Source of the DNA: an uncultured bacterium
GTDB taxonomy: Bacteria; T1Sed10-126
NCBI GenBank assembly: GCA_964631325.1
Contig: CAZVWJ010000001.1
Coordinates: 31,075 to 95,074 of the forward strand
Reading direction: 5' to 3'
DNA: 64,000 nucleotides
Below the pieces are notes generated by a model. The model saw only the letters and a program-made list of their open reading frames with translations, was not told where the DNA came from and searched no databases. Each line of letters begins with the position of its first letter. The stretch's first letter is position 1. Positions 51,581 to 61,037 of the stretch are shown piece by piece. Position numbers and translations under genes: made by a program.

Positions 51581-52402
51581 TTACAAATTTTCCGCTTCCT
51601 GAAGTTCCAATCCTAATTTATACAGCTCACTTTTGGGCTGCGAGGAAAATTTAGCGCTAATTTTTGCAGCGTCACTGAGTTTTAATCCCTTTCGCAATAA
51701 ATCTCGCAGATATTCTTCTGGTTCCACTGTTTCTTCCGGACCGGGATGGATAAGCACGGTGAATTCGCCCCGTGGGTCTTTTTCCTCCCATCTTTCAATT
51801 AGCTCATTTATAGGAGCGCGGCTGTATTCTTCGAATTTTTTTGTCATCTCTCTTCCCAGAAAAACCAACCGGTTCCCGAGCAAATTTCCGACCAGCCGGA
51901 GGGTGGCAACAATCCTGTTGGGACTTTCAAAAAAAATCGTCGTACCCGAAAAATATTTAACGGAAAGCAGAACATCCCTTTTAGCCTTACTTTTCTTTGG
52001 AATAAATCCCAGAGAAATAAACTGATCGCTGGGAAAACCGCTAACACTAAGTGCCGTTATCGGAGCACTCGGTCCGGGAATAGGGCACACTTTCAGGTCA
52101 GCCCGGTGGACAGCTTCTAACAAATTATAACCGGGGTCCGCCACCTGGGGAGTTCCCGCGTCACTCAGCAAAGCCAGATCACGACCGCGCTTCAATTTTT
52201 CAACAATTTGCTCAGTTTTAGCCGCCTCCACTTCATCGTAATAACTGGTCATTGGCTTTTTGGGGAGATCAAGTAAATCCCTTAGTTTACCTGCCTCCCG
52301 GGTATCCTCCACGACCCACTCGTCACAGTCGGCCAACACGTCAAGAGCCCGGCGAGTAATGTCCCGTTTATTTCCCAGCGGCGTCGCCACTACGTATAAC
52401 AA
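51581..52402 (-). CDS. rsmI: 16S rRNA (cytidine-2'-O)-methyltransferase
   Basis: LYVVATPLGN..DIT.RA, EDTR, SDAGTP.VADPG, FESPNR, REMTKKFEE. Confidence 0.95.
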   Translation of the reverse strand: MLYVVATPLGNKRDITRRALDVLADCDEWVVEDTREAGKLRDLLDLPKKPMTSYYDEVEAAKTEQIVEKLKRGRDLALLSDAGTPQVADPGYNLLEAVHRADLKVCPIPGPSAPITALSVSGFPSDQFISLGFIPKKSKAKRDVLLSVKYFSGTTIFFESPNRIVATLRLVGNLLGNRLVFLGREMTKKFEEYSRAPINELIERWEEKDPRGEFTVLIHPGPEETVEPEEYLRDLLRKGLKLSDAAKISAKFSSQPKSELYKLGLELQEAENL

Positions 52403-52404
52403 AC

Positions 52405-55020
52405 CTAACCATTCCCCAGCTTTTCTACCCGCTGAGCCACATCACGAAACTCAACGTCGGAAGCCAGTATTTTTCGATAGTGTTGAAGAGCTTCGCCGGG
52501 CCGGTTATCTCCTTCCGCCGCCCGACCCAGCCAGTAATGAAGAGAATGACGATTACCCTGCGGCAATTCGGGATTATCCGGATCTACCGCTGACAGTTTT
52601 GAGTAAGCCACATCACACAGACCCATTTCCACCAGACAACGTCCAATAAAAGAAAGCACCTGGGCTTTGAATTTCTCGCCTCCGTGTTTGATTTCCTGAA
52701 AAACAGACAACGCTTCTTCACGTTTACCCTGTCGATACAGAGTAACCCCCAGTCTGAATTGTATTTTCGCTCGGGAAAAATGACTGTTTTCCAGGATTAC
52801 CCGGTAAACCTTTTCGGCCTGTTCTAATTTATCCTCGTTTTCATAACGCCGGCCAATTTGCTGGAGTCCTTTTGCCGCTTGAACATTGTCCTGCTGATAG
52901 GTAAACACTTCTCGATAACATTCTTCCGCTTCTTGCCACTTTTCAAGCTGCTGATTAATTCTGCCCATTTTTCCCAGATACAAAAAATCTTCCGGGGAGT
53001 CTGAAAGTAACTTTCTGTAATATTTTAACGCTGTTTCCAGGTCCTCACGGTCTTCGTAAAGTTCTGCCAGACGACGTGTATATTGTTCCCGGTCTTCCTG
53101 GCTAAGTTCCCGCGTTATTAGTTCTTTCAGCAAACTGAGCTCACGGCTTTCCTCGCCCGGCTTTTCAGTTGCAAGCTCAAGTAGAAACTTCAACTGTTCG
53201 GTGGATTCTTCTGTAAATTCCAACTCCCGGTTTTCATCGTAACTGTTTAACAAAAATTCAGAAATCGATTCCGGATCCTGGAGCCCGTTTTCCTCAACAG
53301 AACGGGAGATAGTCGCCCGGTGTTCAGACTGAATATACCCACTTTTTATTCTTCTTATCCACTTTTTGCCCAATTCCCGCCAGTATTCCCAATTTTTTTC
53401 TATTGCCGCCAACCTGAGAACTCGCTGGTAAAGTTTATTTTGATCAGGATTTAATTCTAATAATTTTTTAAACAATTCCAGTGCACGCCCTGTTTCACCA
53501 TCATTGAGCCAGATTGGGGCAAGAGTCCGCGCTAATTCGCTCTGGTTGTTCGCAGAGAGTTGCTCCCATTCTTCAAGCAATGAAACGAGTTTCCGGCGCG
53601 CGCGTCGAGTCTCCTCCGCTTCCACAAATAGCTGCCCGAGTTTTAGTTGATGTTCACAAGACAGGGAGACCTGCTTACGTCTTTTCTCCAGGATCCCTCT
53701 CAATTCATTATTTTTTTCTTCATTTTCCAGGACTGTTACCCAGTTGCGAAAAGAAGTTTCAGGCATCCAGACAGGCAAACAAAACAGTCTGTAAATCCAC
53801 GCAGCAAGTGGCCAGGACCCCTCCCCTGCTAACAAATCCCCAAGCTTTGCCCCCGCGAGGGTTAAGAAACGGTTTCCATACAAGGGTAAAAATACAAACG
53901 CTAAAACCACCACCAGAGCTATGCCGACAAATATAAAAATTATTTCAATTAAATTTTGTTGCCACCAGATAGCCCATCTCAAGCCGGTTCGCTTTTTTAT
54001 CCCCGGAAATTTTCTGTCCAGGTTCTTAACAATTTCATTTGCCCGGCGGTAACGCCCCAGTTCATAGTAGATCCGAACAAGTTCCTGCAGCGTTTCCGAA
54101 TGCGGTTCTCGAGCCAGAAAACGAGAGCGCGAAAGTGCTTCCTTTGCCTGGTTTAGCCTCCCCCTCCGAAGTAACTGTTCTCCCCTGTAAAAATACAACC
54201 GGCCCAGATAAGGTGCCACTCGCGTTTTGTATTTTTTCTGATTAAAAAATTTTCTTCCGCGCGCTAATAATTTTTTTACCGTTTCAGAAGGAGTATCCGC
54301 AGAAACCTGCTGGCTCTGTTCAACCCAGTTTTGAAATTTCTGCCGTTTTCTTAGCTGAGTATAAAGCTGCTGGAATTTATCAGCCTTCCCGTATTCCTCC
54401 TGTCGATTTTGGAGTAATGAAATTGAGGCCTGCAGTCGGCCTCGCTCGGCTAATTTCCGAACTTCTTTGAGCAGAGAATTAAGCACTGCTTTGCGCCGCA
54501 CTCTTTTTTTACGCATGTAGCCCGAACGAGCTCGCTGAATCCACCCGTTAATATTTTGTTTAACCGTTTCCTGCTCGGTCAAATTCCGGGCTTTTTTTAA
54601 ATAATTCAAAGCCCGTCGGAATTCCTCAACTTGGTACGCCAGAATACCCGCGTATCTATAGACCTCTTCGGGCCGGTAATGTTTCAACTCTTCGGGAGGC
54701 TGATCGGCAAGCCGGGAATAATATTTGAAACTTTGCTGCTTGGCTCCCCGCTTTTCTGCAATCCTTGTCAGGTAATCGAGAGCTCTCTCATCCCGGGGAG
54801 TTGAATTTAATACTGATTTAAAGACCTTTTCCGCCTGTTTTAATTTTCCCTGATTAAAAAGCTTAACTCCAGTATCAATACTGGCAGGCCGGGCAGCATG
54901 GACTCCACCCAAGATAATTCCAACCAAAACTATTCCAAAAATACAATTAACTCTCCAGGATTTCAAAATCGGCAGGTACCTCCTGGGTTTTCTGATGATA
55001 ATTCTCCATGTCAGCCACAA
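52405..55020 (-). CDS. Large membrane-anchored TPR protein
   Basis: Signal-like N-terminus, periplasmic TPRs, TM at about aa 355-385, cytoplasmic TPRs; start uncertain. Confidence 0.8.
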   Translation of the reverse strand: MWLTWRIIIRKPRRYLPILKSWRVNCIFGIVLVGIILGGVHAARPASIDTGVKLFNQGKLKQAEKVFKSVLNSTPRDERALDYLTRIAEKRGAKQQSFKYYSRLADQPPEELKHYRPEEVYRYAGILAYQVEEFRRALNYLKKARNLTEQETVKQNINGWIQRARSGYMRKKRVRRKAVLNSLLKEVRKLAERGRLQASISLLQNRQEEYGKADKFQQLYTQLRKRQKFQNWVEQSQQVSADTPSETVKKLLARGRKFFNQKKYKTRVAPYLGRLYFYRGEQLLRRGRLNQAKEALSRSRFLAREPHSETLQELVRIYYELGRYRRANEIVKNLDRKFPGIKKRTGLRWAIWWQQNLIEIIFIFVGIALVVVLAFVFLPLYGNRFLTLAGAKLGDLLAGEGSWPLAAWIYRLFCLPVWMPETSFRNWVTVLENEEKNNELRGILEKRRKQVSLSCEHQLKLGQLFVEAEETRRARRKLVSLLEEWEQLSANNQSELARTLAPIWLNDGETGRALELFKKLLELNPDQNKLYQRVLRLAAIEKNWEYWRELGKKWIRRIKSGYIQSEHRATISRSVEENGLQDPESISEFLLNSYDENRELEFTEESTEQLKFLLELATEKPGEESRELSLLKELITRELSQEDREQYTRRLAELYEDREDLETALKYYRKLLSDSPEDFLYLGKMGRINQQLEKWQEAEECYREVFTYQQDNVQAAKGLQQIGRRYENEDKLEQAEKVYRVILENSHFSRAKIQFRLGVTLYRQGKREEALSVFQEIKHGGEKFKAQVLSFIGRCLVEMGLCDVAYSKLSAVDPDNPELPQGNRHSLHYWLGRAAEGDNRPGEALQHYRKILASDVEFRDVAQRVEKLGNG

Positions 55021-55987
55021 TCACATCCGCTTCTACTGCCGCTGTTCGAACCGGTTTGGTGAGAGCTACGTCCGCGGTCATCTTCCGGAGAGCAAACTCA
55101 AATAGTTCCCGGTCACCCGTAGGAGAGCTAAAAATATGCGAACGCATTAAATTTCCCTCCCGTTCAAACTGCAACCTAACCCGGAGCCGGTAAGCAAGAC
55201 TAACGGTGTCTCGGAGCCGCTTCTGAATCCGCTTCAAAACAGACCCTAATTCTTTACAGATTTTCTCTTTCTCATTTCCTATTTCAGGTTCCAGGGAAAT
55301 TTCTTGACTCAGCGAGCGGGGTCGAGAAAATACGCTCAGGGGCCGAGGGTCTTTATGGTCGAATAATATGTGCAAAATACGGCTCTGCTTACCAAACAGT
55401 TTCCGCCGTTCTGTTTCCTTTAGATAATATAATTCCCCCATCTGCTTCAAACCATTTTTTCTTAGAGTTTCCATAAATTGCTTCCCCAGCCCCCACATCT
55501 CATCCCGTTGAACGGACTGGATCGCCTCCTCGTATTGATCCGGTTCAACCCGCTCAAATTCAGCCGAACCCTGACGGGCGGAAATAATCCGGGCCAGCCA
55601 CCCGGTTTCAGCGGCGCACCCGCACAGCGGATACTCAAAATTTTGCTGGCTTTCAAACCAATCTTCAGCTTTTTCAGCCGCTTCCACTTCAACAAAGATT
55701 TCTCCCAGCTCAAGATTTTCCACAAGTGGACTTAAGTCCTGGACTAATTCTCTGAATCGCTGATTTTCATCCGCGAATTTTTGCAGCTCAAACCGACAAA
55801 TATTTACTTCATCCGGAATATCCACTGTCTCCACTAATTTTCCAGCTTCAAGACCCAGCTCCCGGGCTTCCGGGCTGACCGACACCACGCGGCTTTCATC
55901 CTGAACCACTACGGGGTCACCACGGAGTCCGTTTACTATCTGAAAAACTTTTGCCGGAAAATCCGGTATCCTCAAATGGGCAATCAT
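54947..55987 (-). CDS. ImuB-like inactive Y-family polymerase homologue
   Basis: IMS-like N-terminus (VVSVSPEARELGL..G), GLG HhH, little-finger-like end; catalytic acidic motifs absent. Confidence 0.7.
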   Translation of the reverse strand: MIAHLRIPDFPAKVFQIVNGLRGDPVVVQDESRVVSVSPEARELGLEAGKLVETVDIPDEVNICRFELQKFADENQRFRELVQDLSPLVENLELGEIFVEVEAAEKAEDWFESQQNFEYPLCGCAAETGWLARIISARQGSAEFERVEPDQYEEAIQSVQRDEMWGLGKQFMETLRKNGLKQMGELYYLKETERRKLFGKQSRILHILFDHKDPRPLSVFSRPRSLSQEISLEPEIGNEKEKICKELGSVLKRIQKRLRDTVSLAYRLRVRLQFEREGNLMRSHIFSSPTGDRELFEFALRKMTADVALTKPVRTAAVEADVIVADMENYHQKTQEVPADFEILES

Positions 55988-56292
55988 TGGTTCTCTCACA
56001 CCTCGCCAGAGTAAACTACTACGTTTAAAAATAGTATAACAAAATTTTCCCTCAAAAAATCCAAAAACCAGCCCGATTTGATATAATTGGGAATAAGAGA
56101 TTGAGTAATCAAACAGGCCTCCTTTTCTTCCACGGCTTGCAGATTAATATATCTTCGTAAATATTTAGCCCGGAAGGCTGTGAGCTTACCCTGCGCATGG
56201 ACAGGGAATGAGTTCCACAGGGAGTATAATTCGTTGTAATAGGGGGGGCGCTAAACAAATATATATCTTCTATAACTGGAGCTTCGTATTAA

Positions 56293-57390
56293 ATGCGCAC
56301 TGGTTCTGCCGATTTACCTCTACACGGTGGCCACTGTCCACCGTGGCTCTTTGAGAAAATGAAAAAACTCAGTGAGGCGATGGTGGAAGTAATCATACTT
56401 GAGTTTTCCCGGCCAGAACTACTGTACAGATTGTCACAACCCGGTTGGTTTCAGTCACTCGGCTGTGTGCTGGGGTTTGACTGGCATTCCTCCGGCTTAA
56501 CTACAGTTCTCTGTGGGGCACTAAAAGAAAGTATAAATCCTCGGACCGGGGAACTTGGTTTATATATTGCCGGCGGCAAAGGAACCACCTCCCGCAAAAC
56601 TCCCCGGGAACTGGAAAATTACGTAGCTACTTATGCCCCTTCACTTCCCCTGGAAAATCTGCAAAATTACAGTAAATTAACAGCGAAAATAGACAGTAGT
56701 GCTGTCCAAGATCATTACCAACTTTATCATCACTGTTTTTTCATCACCCGCGAGGGTGGCTGGGCTGTAATACAACAGGGAATGAACGATCAATCCGGGC
56801 GAGCCCGTCGCTATCACTGGTTAAGCGACGCAGTAAATGACTTCCTGGAAGACCCCCACGCCGGAATCTGTACTGAAAAAAGACACCGGCCCCTCAACCT
56901 CGTTGCCTCCTCCAGCCGAGAAAATCGCGAAATTTCCACTGAACTCGTCGTCAACCCGGCTGAAACTCTCCGGGACTATCAACTTATACTGGACTATTGG
57001 GACGAAGAAAAAAACAAACTCAACCTCCCGGATCGACACGATATTCCGCGGGTAAATCACATGGAACAAGTCTTAGAGCAACTCTACGAAAAACCGCCGG
57101 AGGACTATGAAAATTTACTCAGCCGAAAAGGAATCGGTCCTAAAACTATCCGGGCCCTCTCCATGGTGGCCGAAGTTGTCTGGGGTGCCAAACCCAGCTA
57201 TCAAGACCCGGCTCGCTATTCTTTCGCCCACGGCGGCAAAGACGGCTATCCCTATCCGGTAAACGAATCTCGCTACCAGGAAACCATAGAAATCTTAAAC
57301 ACAGCCCTCAAAAAAGCCAGAATTAATCGTTCCGAGAAGAAAAAAGCCTTCCAGCGCCTGACAAAACTACAAAAACAATCCAATAATTGA
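56293..57390 (+). CDS. DUF763 family protein
   Basis: GSADLPLHGGH.PPWLF, GFDWHSSG.TT, AK.DS..VQD.Y.LYHH, SFAHGGKDG.PYPV. Confidence 0.9.
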   Translation: MRTGSADLPLHGGHCPPWLFEKMKKLSEAMVEVIILEFSRPELLYRLSQPGWFQSLGCVLGFDWHSSGLTTVLCGALKESINPRTGELGLYIAGGKGTTSRKTPRELENYVATYAPSLPLENLQNYSKLTAKIDSSAVQDHYQLYHHCFFITREGGWAVIQQGMNDQSGRARRYHWLSDAVNDFLEDPHAGICTEKRHRPLNLVASSSRENREISTELVVNPAETLRDYQLILDYWDEEKNKLNLPDRHDIPRVNHMEQVLEQLYEKPPEDYENLLSRKGIGPKTIRALSMVAEVVWGAKPSYQDPARYSFAHGGKDGYPYPVNESRYQETIEILNTALKKARINRSEKKKAFQRLTKLQKQSNN

Positions 57391-57482
57391 TTTTAGTAAT
57401 CCAACAATTTTAACGTAAAGTTCCTTTGACCCAGAACACAGAAGCCAAAACATCGGTTATCATCTTTGAGTTCACTGCAAAA

Positions 57483-57618
57483 CCTTTCCCCTTGATGGCG
57501 GGAAACGCAAGGGGGGGGGAATCAGAGCAGTCCCCCTCCTTTTAATAACGCGTACGCGTCACAAGCCCTGTCCATGCGCAGGGCAGGCCCTCTCCCACCG
57601 GGGGGGAGGAGAGACTTT
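57483..57618. repeat. REP-like modular repeat
   Basis: ATAACGCGTACGCGTCACAAGCCCTGTCCATGCGCAGGGCAGGCCCTCTCCCACC; shared with 25523-25554 (inverted). Confidence 0.8.
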
Positions 57619-57629
57619 TGGCTGGGGAC

Positions 57630-58427
57630 TCATCTTTTAATTCTTCCTTCCATAACCGTGGTGGGCTTGGCATACAGTTTTTCGGGAATTCGACCCGCCT
57701 GATAGCATAACCTGCCTGCCTTAACCGCTTTCTGTAGCGCCTCAGCCATCATCCCGGGTTTCTCAGCTCGGGCAATTGCACTGCTCACGAGAATACCATC
57801 GGCACCAAGTTCCATCGCCCGGGCGGCATCCGAAGCAGAACCAATTCCGGCATCTACGATTACCGGTTTATCTATCGCCTCCCGGATTATTTTCAGGTTG
57901 TCGGAATTACTGATCCCCCGCCCGGAACCAATTGGCGCTGCCAGGGGCATCACTACCGGACAGCCAATTTCAACGAGTTTTTTCGCCGTAATAGGATCAT
58001 CACTGGTATAGGGTAAAACAACAAAATCCTCCTCCACCAACTGGCTGGCCGCTTCCAGCAATTCCTCGGTATCCGGATATAATGTTTCCTCATCCCCAAT
58101 TACCTCTAACTTAATCCAGTTTGTATCCAGGGCTTCCCGACCCATCTTGGCCGTCAGTACTGCATCTTTCGCAGTATAACAGCCGGCGGTATTAGGTAAA
58201 ATTTTGACCCCGAGCCGATCAAGTAAATCCATCAGTCCCCCGGTCTGAGCGGTGCCGGAATCTATTCTCCGCAGACCGACAGTGACCATTTCAGCTTCTC
58301 CCTGCTTGATAGAATTTTGTAATTTCTTAAGGTTCGTGTGGCCTCCCGTGCCGATAATCAACCGTGATTCAAAACTCTCTCCCGCTATTTCTAATCTGTC
58401 TTCCGATTCAAGCTGTTCTTCAGTCAT
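57630..58427 (-). CDS. thiG: Thiazole synthase
   Basis: SRLIIGTG, ILPNTAGC, WIKLEV, MPLAAPIGSG, VDAGIG. Confidence 0.96.
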   Translation of the reverse strand: MTEEQLESEDRLEIAGESFESRLIIGTGGHTNLKKLQNSIKQGEAEMVTVGLRRIDSGTAQTGGLMDLLDRLGVKILPNTAGCYTAKDAVLTAKMGREALDTNWIKLEVIGDEETLYPDTEELLEAASQLVEEDFVVLPYTSDDPITAKKLVEIGCPVVMPLAAPIGSGRGISNSDNLKIIREAIDKPVIVDAGIGSASDAARAMELGADGILVSSAIARAEKPGMMAEALQKAVKAGRLCYQAGRIPEKLYAKPTTVMEGRIKR

Positions 58428-58430
58428 ATG

Positions 58431-58640
58431 CTAACCTCCCTGGATAGGCTGAACTATTTCTATTTTTTCTCCGCCGCAAAGGTTTGTCCCCGGCCATTCT
58501 CCGCGAGGAATCACTTCCCCACCCACGGCTACAGCAACATGATTTTTCTTCCCCTCTACTTCCCTGTTTACTAATTCCGCCAGGGAAATAGAAGAAGTAA
58601 TTTCTTTTTCTTCGCCATTGACTTCCAATTCTTTGGTCAT
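58431..58640 (-). CDS. thiS: Sulfur carrier protein
   Basis: VNGE, C-terminal IQGG; precedes thiG. Confidence 0.92.
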   Translation of the reverse strand: MTKELEVNGEEKEITSSISLAELVNREVEGKKNHVAVAVGGEVIPRGEWPGTNLCGGEKIEIVQPIQGG

Positions 58641-59662
58641 TATAAAATCTCCTCCAGCCAGGAAATAGCTTCCTCTAAATACAACAAGCCAAACCTACCA
58701 AACCCGCCCAGATAACAGTAATTAGCTCGGTTTGTTTTAATTAATTCCTGACTTTTTTGCGAGGACCACCAGTTAAAATTAAGTTGAGGACGCTGAAATT
58801 CCTGCTCATAGAGAAATGGTAGCAGTTCGCAGGCTTCGTGCATTAATTCCAGTAGCTCTTCGTTGATTATCTTGTTACTACAATTTCCCTCTTCGGTAAA
58901 ATTGTTCACCAGGTTTAAATGAAGCTCCCCCGGCTGCCGGGGATAAATTTCCAGCTTTTCTGTCAACACCGGAGTGGAAAAATCAATCCAACCGGAAAGC
59001 TTTATTGGCATAACTAACTCCCTCTCCGGGCGACAGTAAATTTTCCGATTGAGATATCGACCCGCTGTTCCGGTAAAAATATACATTTCACCCTCAAGCT
59101 CTTTATTTCCGTATCTAAGTGTCTCTATGCGCGAAGAAGCCTCACGCATTTTTTTTACAGAACAAGTTCGACCCCGAACTAAATCATGGTATTTTTCAAA
59201 ACTTTTGACAGTTGCCTCAGCAATCCCTTTAAAAACCAATTGTTTGATACCCCTGATCTCCACCACGGAATCCACGAAATTAGCCAGCAGTGGTTGCCTG
59301 GACTGAACTGCCTCTCCGGTTAATTGGCTTACCTCACAATTTTCCAGTTCAGTATAAAATTCAGCCAGATTTTCCCCGTTACCCCGACCTTCAAGCAAGT
59401 AACCAACCAGTTTATTTACATTTAAACCCAATCCGTCTATTTTTGTCAGACGGTCCCGTAATTTGCTTATTATTTTGTCCGGCGTAAATATTTTCGCCGG
59501 ATATCCCTCCGAGTCGACCGGGGATAAAGAAAATCGCGGGTAACTGTAATAATCTTTTTTCAAACCGGGCGGGCCAACAAAGATTACATGGTATTTTTGG
59601 GCAAGAAAAAATGCCAGAAGCTTGCCAAAAAAACCTCCACCAACCACAATTAACCTCTGCAT
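58640..59662 (-). CDS. Divergent DAO-family FAD oxidoreductase, ThiO-like
   Basis: IVVGGGFFG dinucleotide motif, C-terminal GFGRFG.L; coupled to thiS. Confidence 0.6.
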   Translation of the reverse strand: MQRLIVVGGGFFGKLLAFFLAQKYHVIFVGPPGLKKDYYSYPRFSLSPVDSEGYPAKIFTPDKIISKLRDRLTKIDGLGLNVNKLVGYLLEGRGNGENLAEFYTELENCEVSQLTGEAVQSRQPLLANFVDSVVEIRGIKQLVFKGIAEATVKSFEKYHDLVRGRTCSVKKMREASSRIETLRYGNKELEGEMYIFTGTAGRYLNRKIYCRPERELVMPIKLSGWIDFSTPVLTEKLEIYPRQPGELHLNLVNNFTEEGNCSNKIINEELLELMHEACELLPFLYEQEFQRPQLNFNWWSSQKSQELIKTNRANYCYLGGFGRFGLLYLEEAISWLEEIL

Positions 59663-59688
59663 CTTAGCTATCTCCGATCAGAATAATT

Positions 59689-61032
59689 TCAACCACCCCT
59701 GTCAAATTCCTTGGGGATGTGTTTTTTCCAGTGAGAGATATAATAGTCAATTGAATCGGGAAAAGGATGCCGCAATTCAAAATTCATCCACCGGGGACTA
59801 GGATAATCCTCCAGGTCCCTGATAATTTCAACATAACCGTCAACACTGTCCAACGAATAACCTGCCTTATAGAGGTACACCATCCCTGCAAACAGAGCTC
59901 TTTTCTCGTTTTCTGTTCCATAACCCTGCTGAATAAATCCCCGGTAAGTTGATTTGGCATAGGCCGGTAAATACTCAGCTATTTTTCTTAACCGGCCAAA
60001 ATCAATTTCACCGCCAGTAGTCCTTTTAATCGCTTTTGTCAATAATTTAAGAATCTTGTTTTGACTTTCTATTCCCGGACTCTGACGAAAATCAAAATGG
60101 CCGAGTAAGTGCGCCAGTAAGAAGACTTTTTCCGCCGGAGCTTCCATTGCCCGCCATAATCCCCGCGTGAGAATAATTCCACCGTCCGGCAAACCCAATC
60201 CACAAAACTTACTGGTGTCCAGGTAGATAACCTTAGGTTTTACTCCCTCGCATAACCGGTATTTGAATAGCCGTTTCTTTATTTTTTCCATAAGCGGCGG
60301 TAACTCTTTGATTAATCCATACTTTTTTTTAAATTCTTTTTCCACTTTTCCCTCAACATTTCCCAACTCATCGCTAACAAATTTTGTTACCGAAGGGCCG
60401 TCATCAGTACCGGAAAAACAAATTGGGCAAGGAAGAAAACCAGCTTCCCGGGCCACCTTTTTGCCCTCGAACACCTGAGCAGTTGCCGAATCCGGAGAAT
60501 GTCTATAGCCCAGTTTATGATAAAGTGAGCCACCTGCAGCAACGTATACCGGCTCAGGTTCAGAGACACGTCTGATTGGATATTTACATTGGAAAGAAAA
60601 AGACCTATAGGGGGAGCGACCGCGGGGATCATAAAAGGGATTCTCCCTTTTTCTTTTTTCATAACTGGGGGTCAGTTCATAGCCGGAAAAGGTAACTTTC
60701 TCCCCCCGGTGTTTTTTTAAAACAGTCAACACCTGCTGCATCCTGTCCACTTTCTGTCCGGCTATTTTCTGGATGATAGCAAACCGGCGTAATCCTCCGA
60801 CAGCCGCTGGTTTTTCCCGATCTACCGAAGTCACATACAGACCCGAGACATTGGGAAAAGGAAATTTCGGTTTGAGTAAACGAAAATACTTCAGGGGGTA
60901 ACCATAAAATCCCGGTTCAATCGGCAAAATCTCCCGTTTCTCTTTCCCGGGGATCTCTCCGGCTTGAGCAGACATACATACGAAAAAAAACAAAAATATC
61001 AGCAGAAAAATAAACCTGAATTGTTTTAACAC
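59689..61032 (-). CDS. Secreted PDZ + Ada-Zn-like + M48-like protein (probably inactive protease)
   Basis: Signal peptide; PDZ-like (PAAVGGL...I.KIAGQKV); GFLPCPIC; GLGLPDGGI..TRGL, HLLGH. Confidence 0.6.
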   Translation of the reverse strand: MLKQFRFIFLLIFLFFFVCMSAQAGEIPGKEKREILPIEPGFYGYPLKYFRLLKPKFPFPNVSGLYVTSVDREKPAAVGGLRRFAIIQKIAGQKVDRMQQVLTVLKKHRGEKVTFSGYELTPSYEKRKRENPFYDPRGRSPYRSFSFQCKYPIRRVSEPEPVYVAAGGSLYHKLGYRHSPDSATAQVFEGKKVAREAGFLPCPICFSGTDDGPSVTKFVSDELGNVEGKVEKEFKKKYGLIKELPPLMEKIKKRLFKYRLCEGVKPKVIYLDTSKFCGLGLPDGGIILTRGLWRAMEAPAEKVFLLAHLLGHFDFRQSPGIESQNKILKLLTKAIKRTTGGEIDFGRLRKIAEYLPAYAKSTYRGFIQQGYGTENEKRALFAGMVYLYKAGYSLDSVDGYVEIIRDLEDYPSPRWMNFELRHPFPDSIDYYISHWKKHIPKEFDRGG

Positions 61033-61037
61033 TGGTT

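Noticed and set aside
56013-56028. TAAAC-N6-GTTTA upstream of the imuB-like gene as an SOS box
   Set aside because: Spacing does not match the GAAC-N4-GTTC LexA box; single short palindrome.
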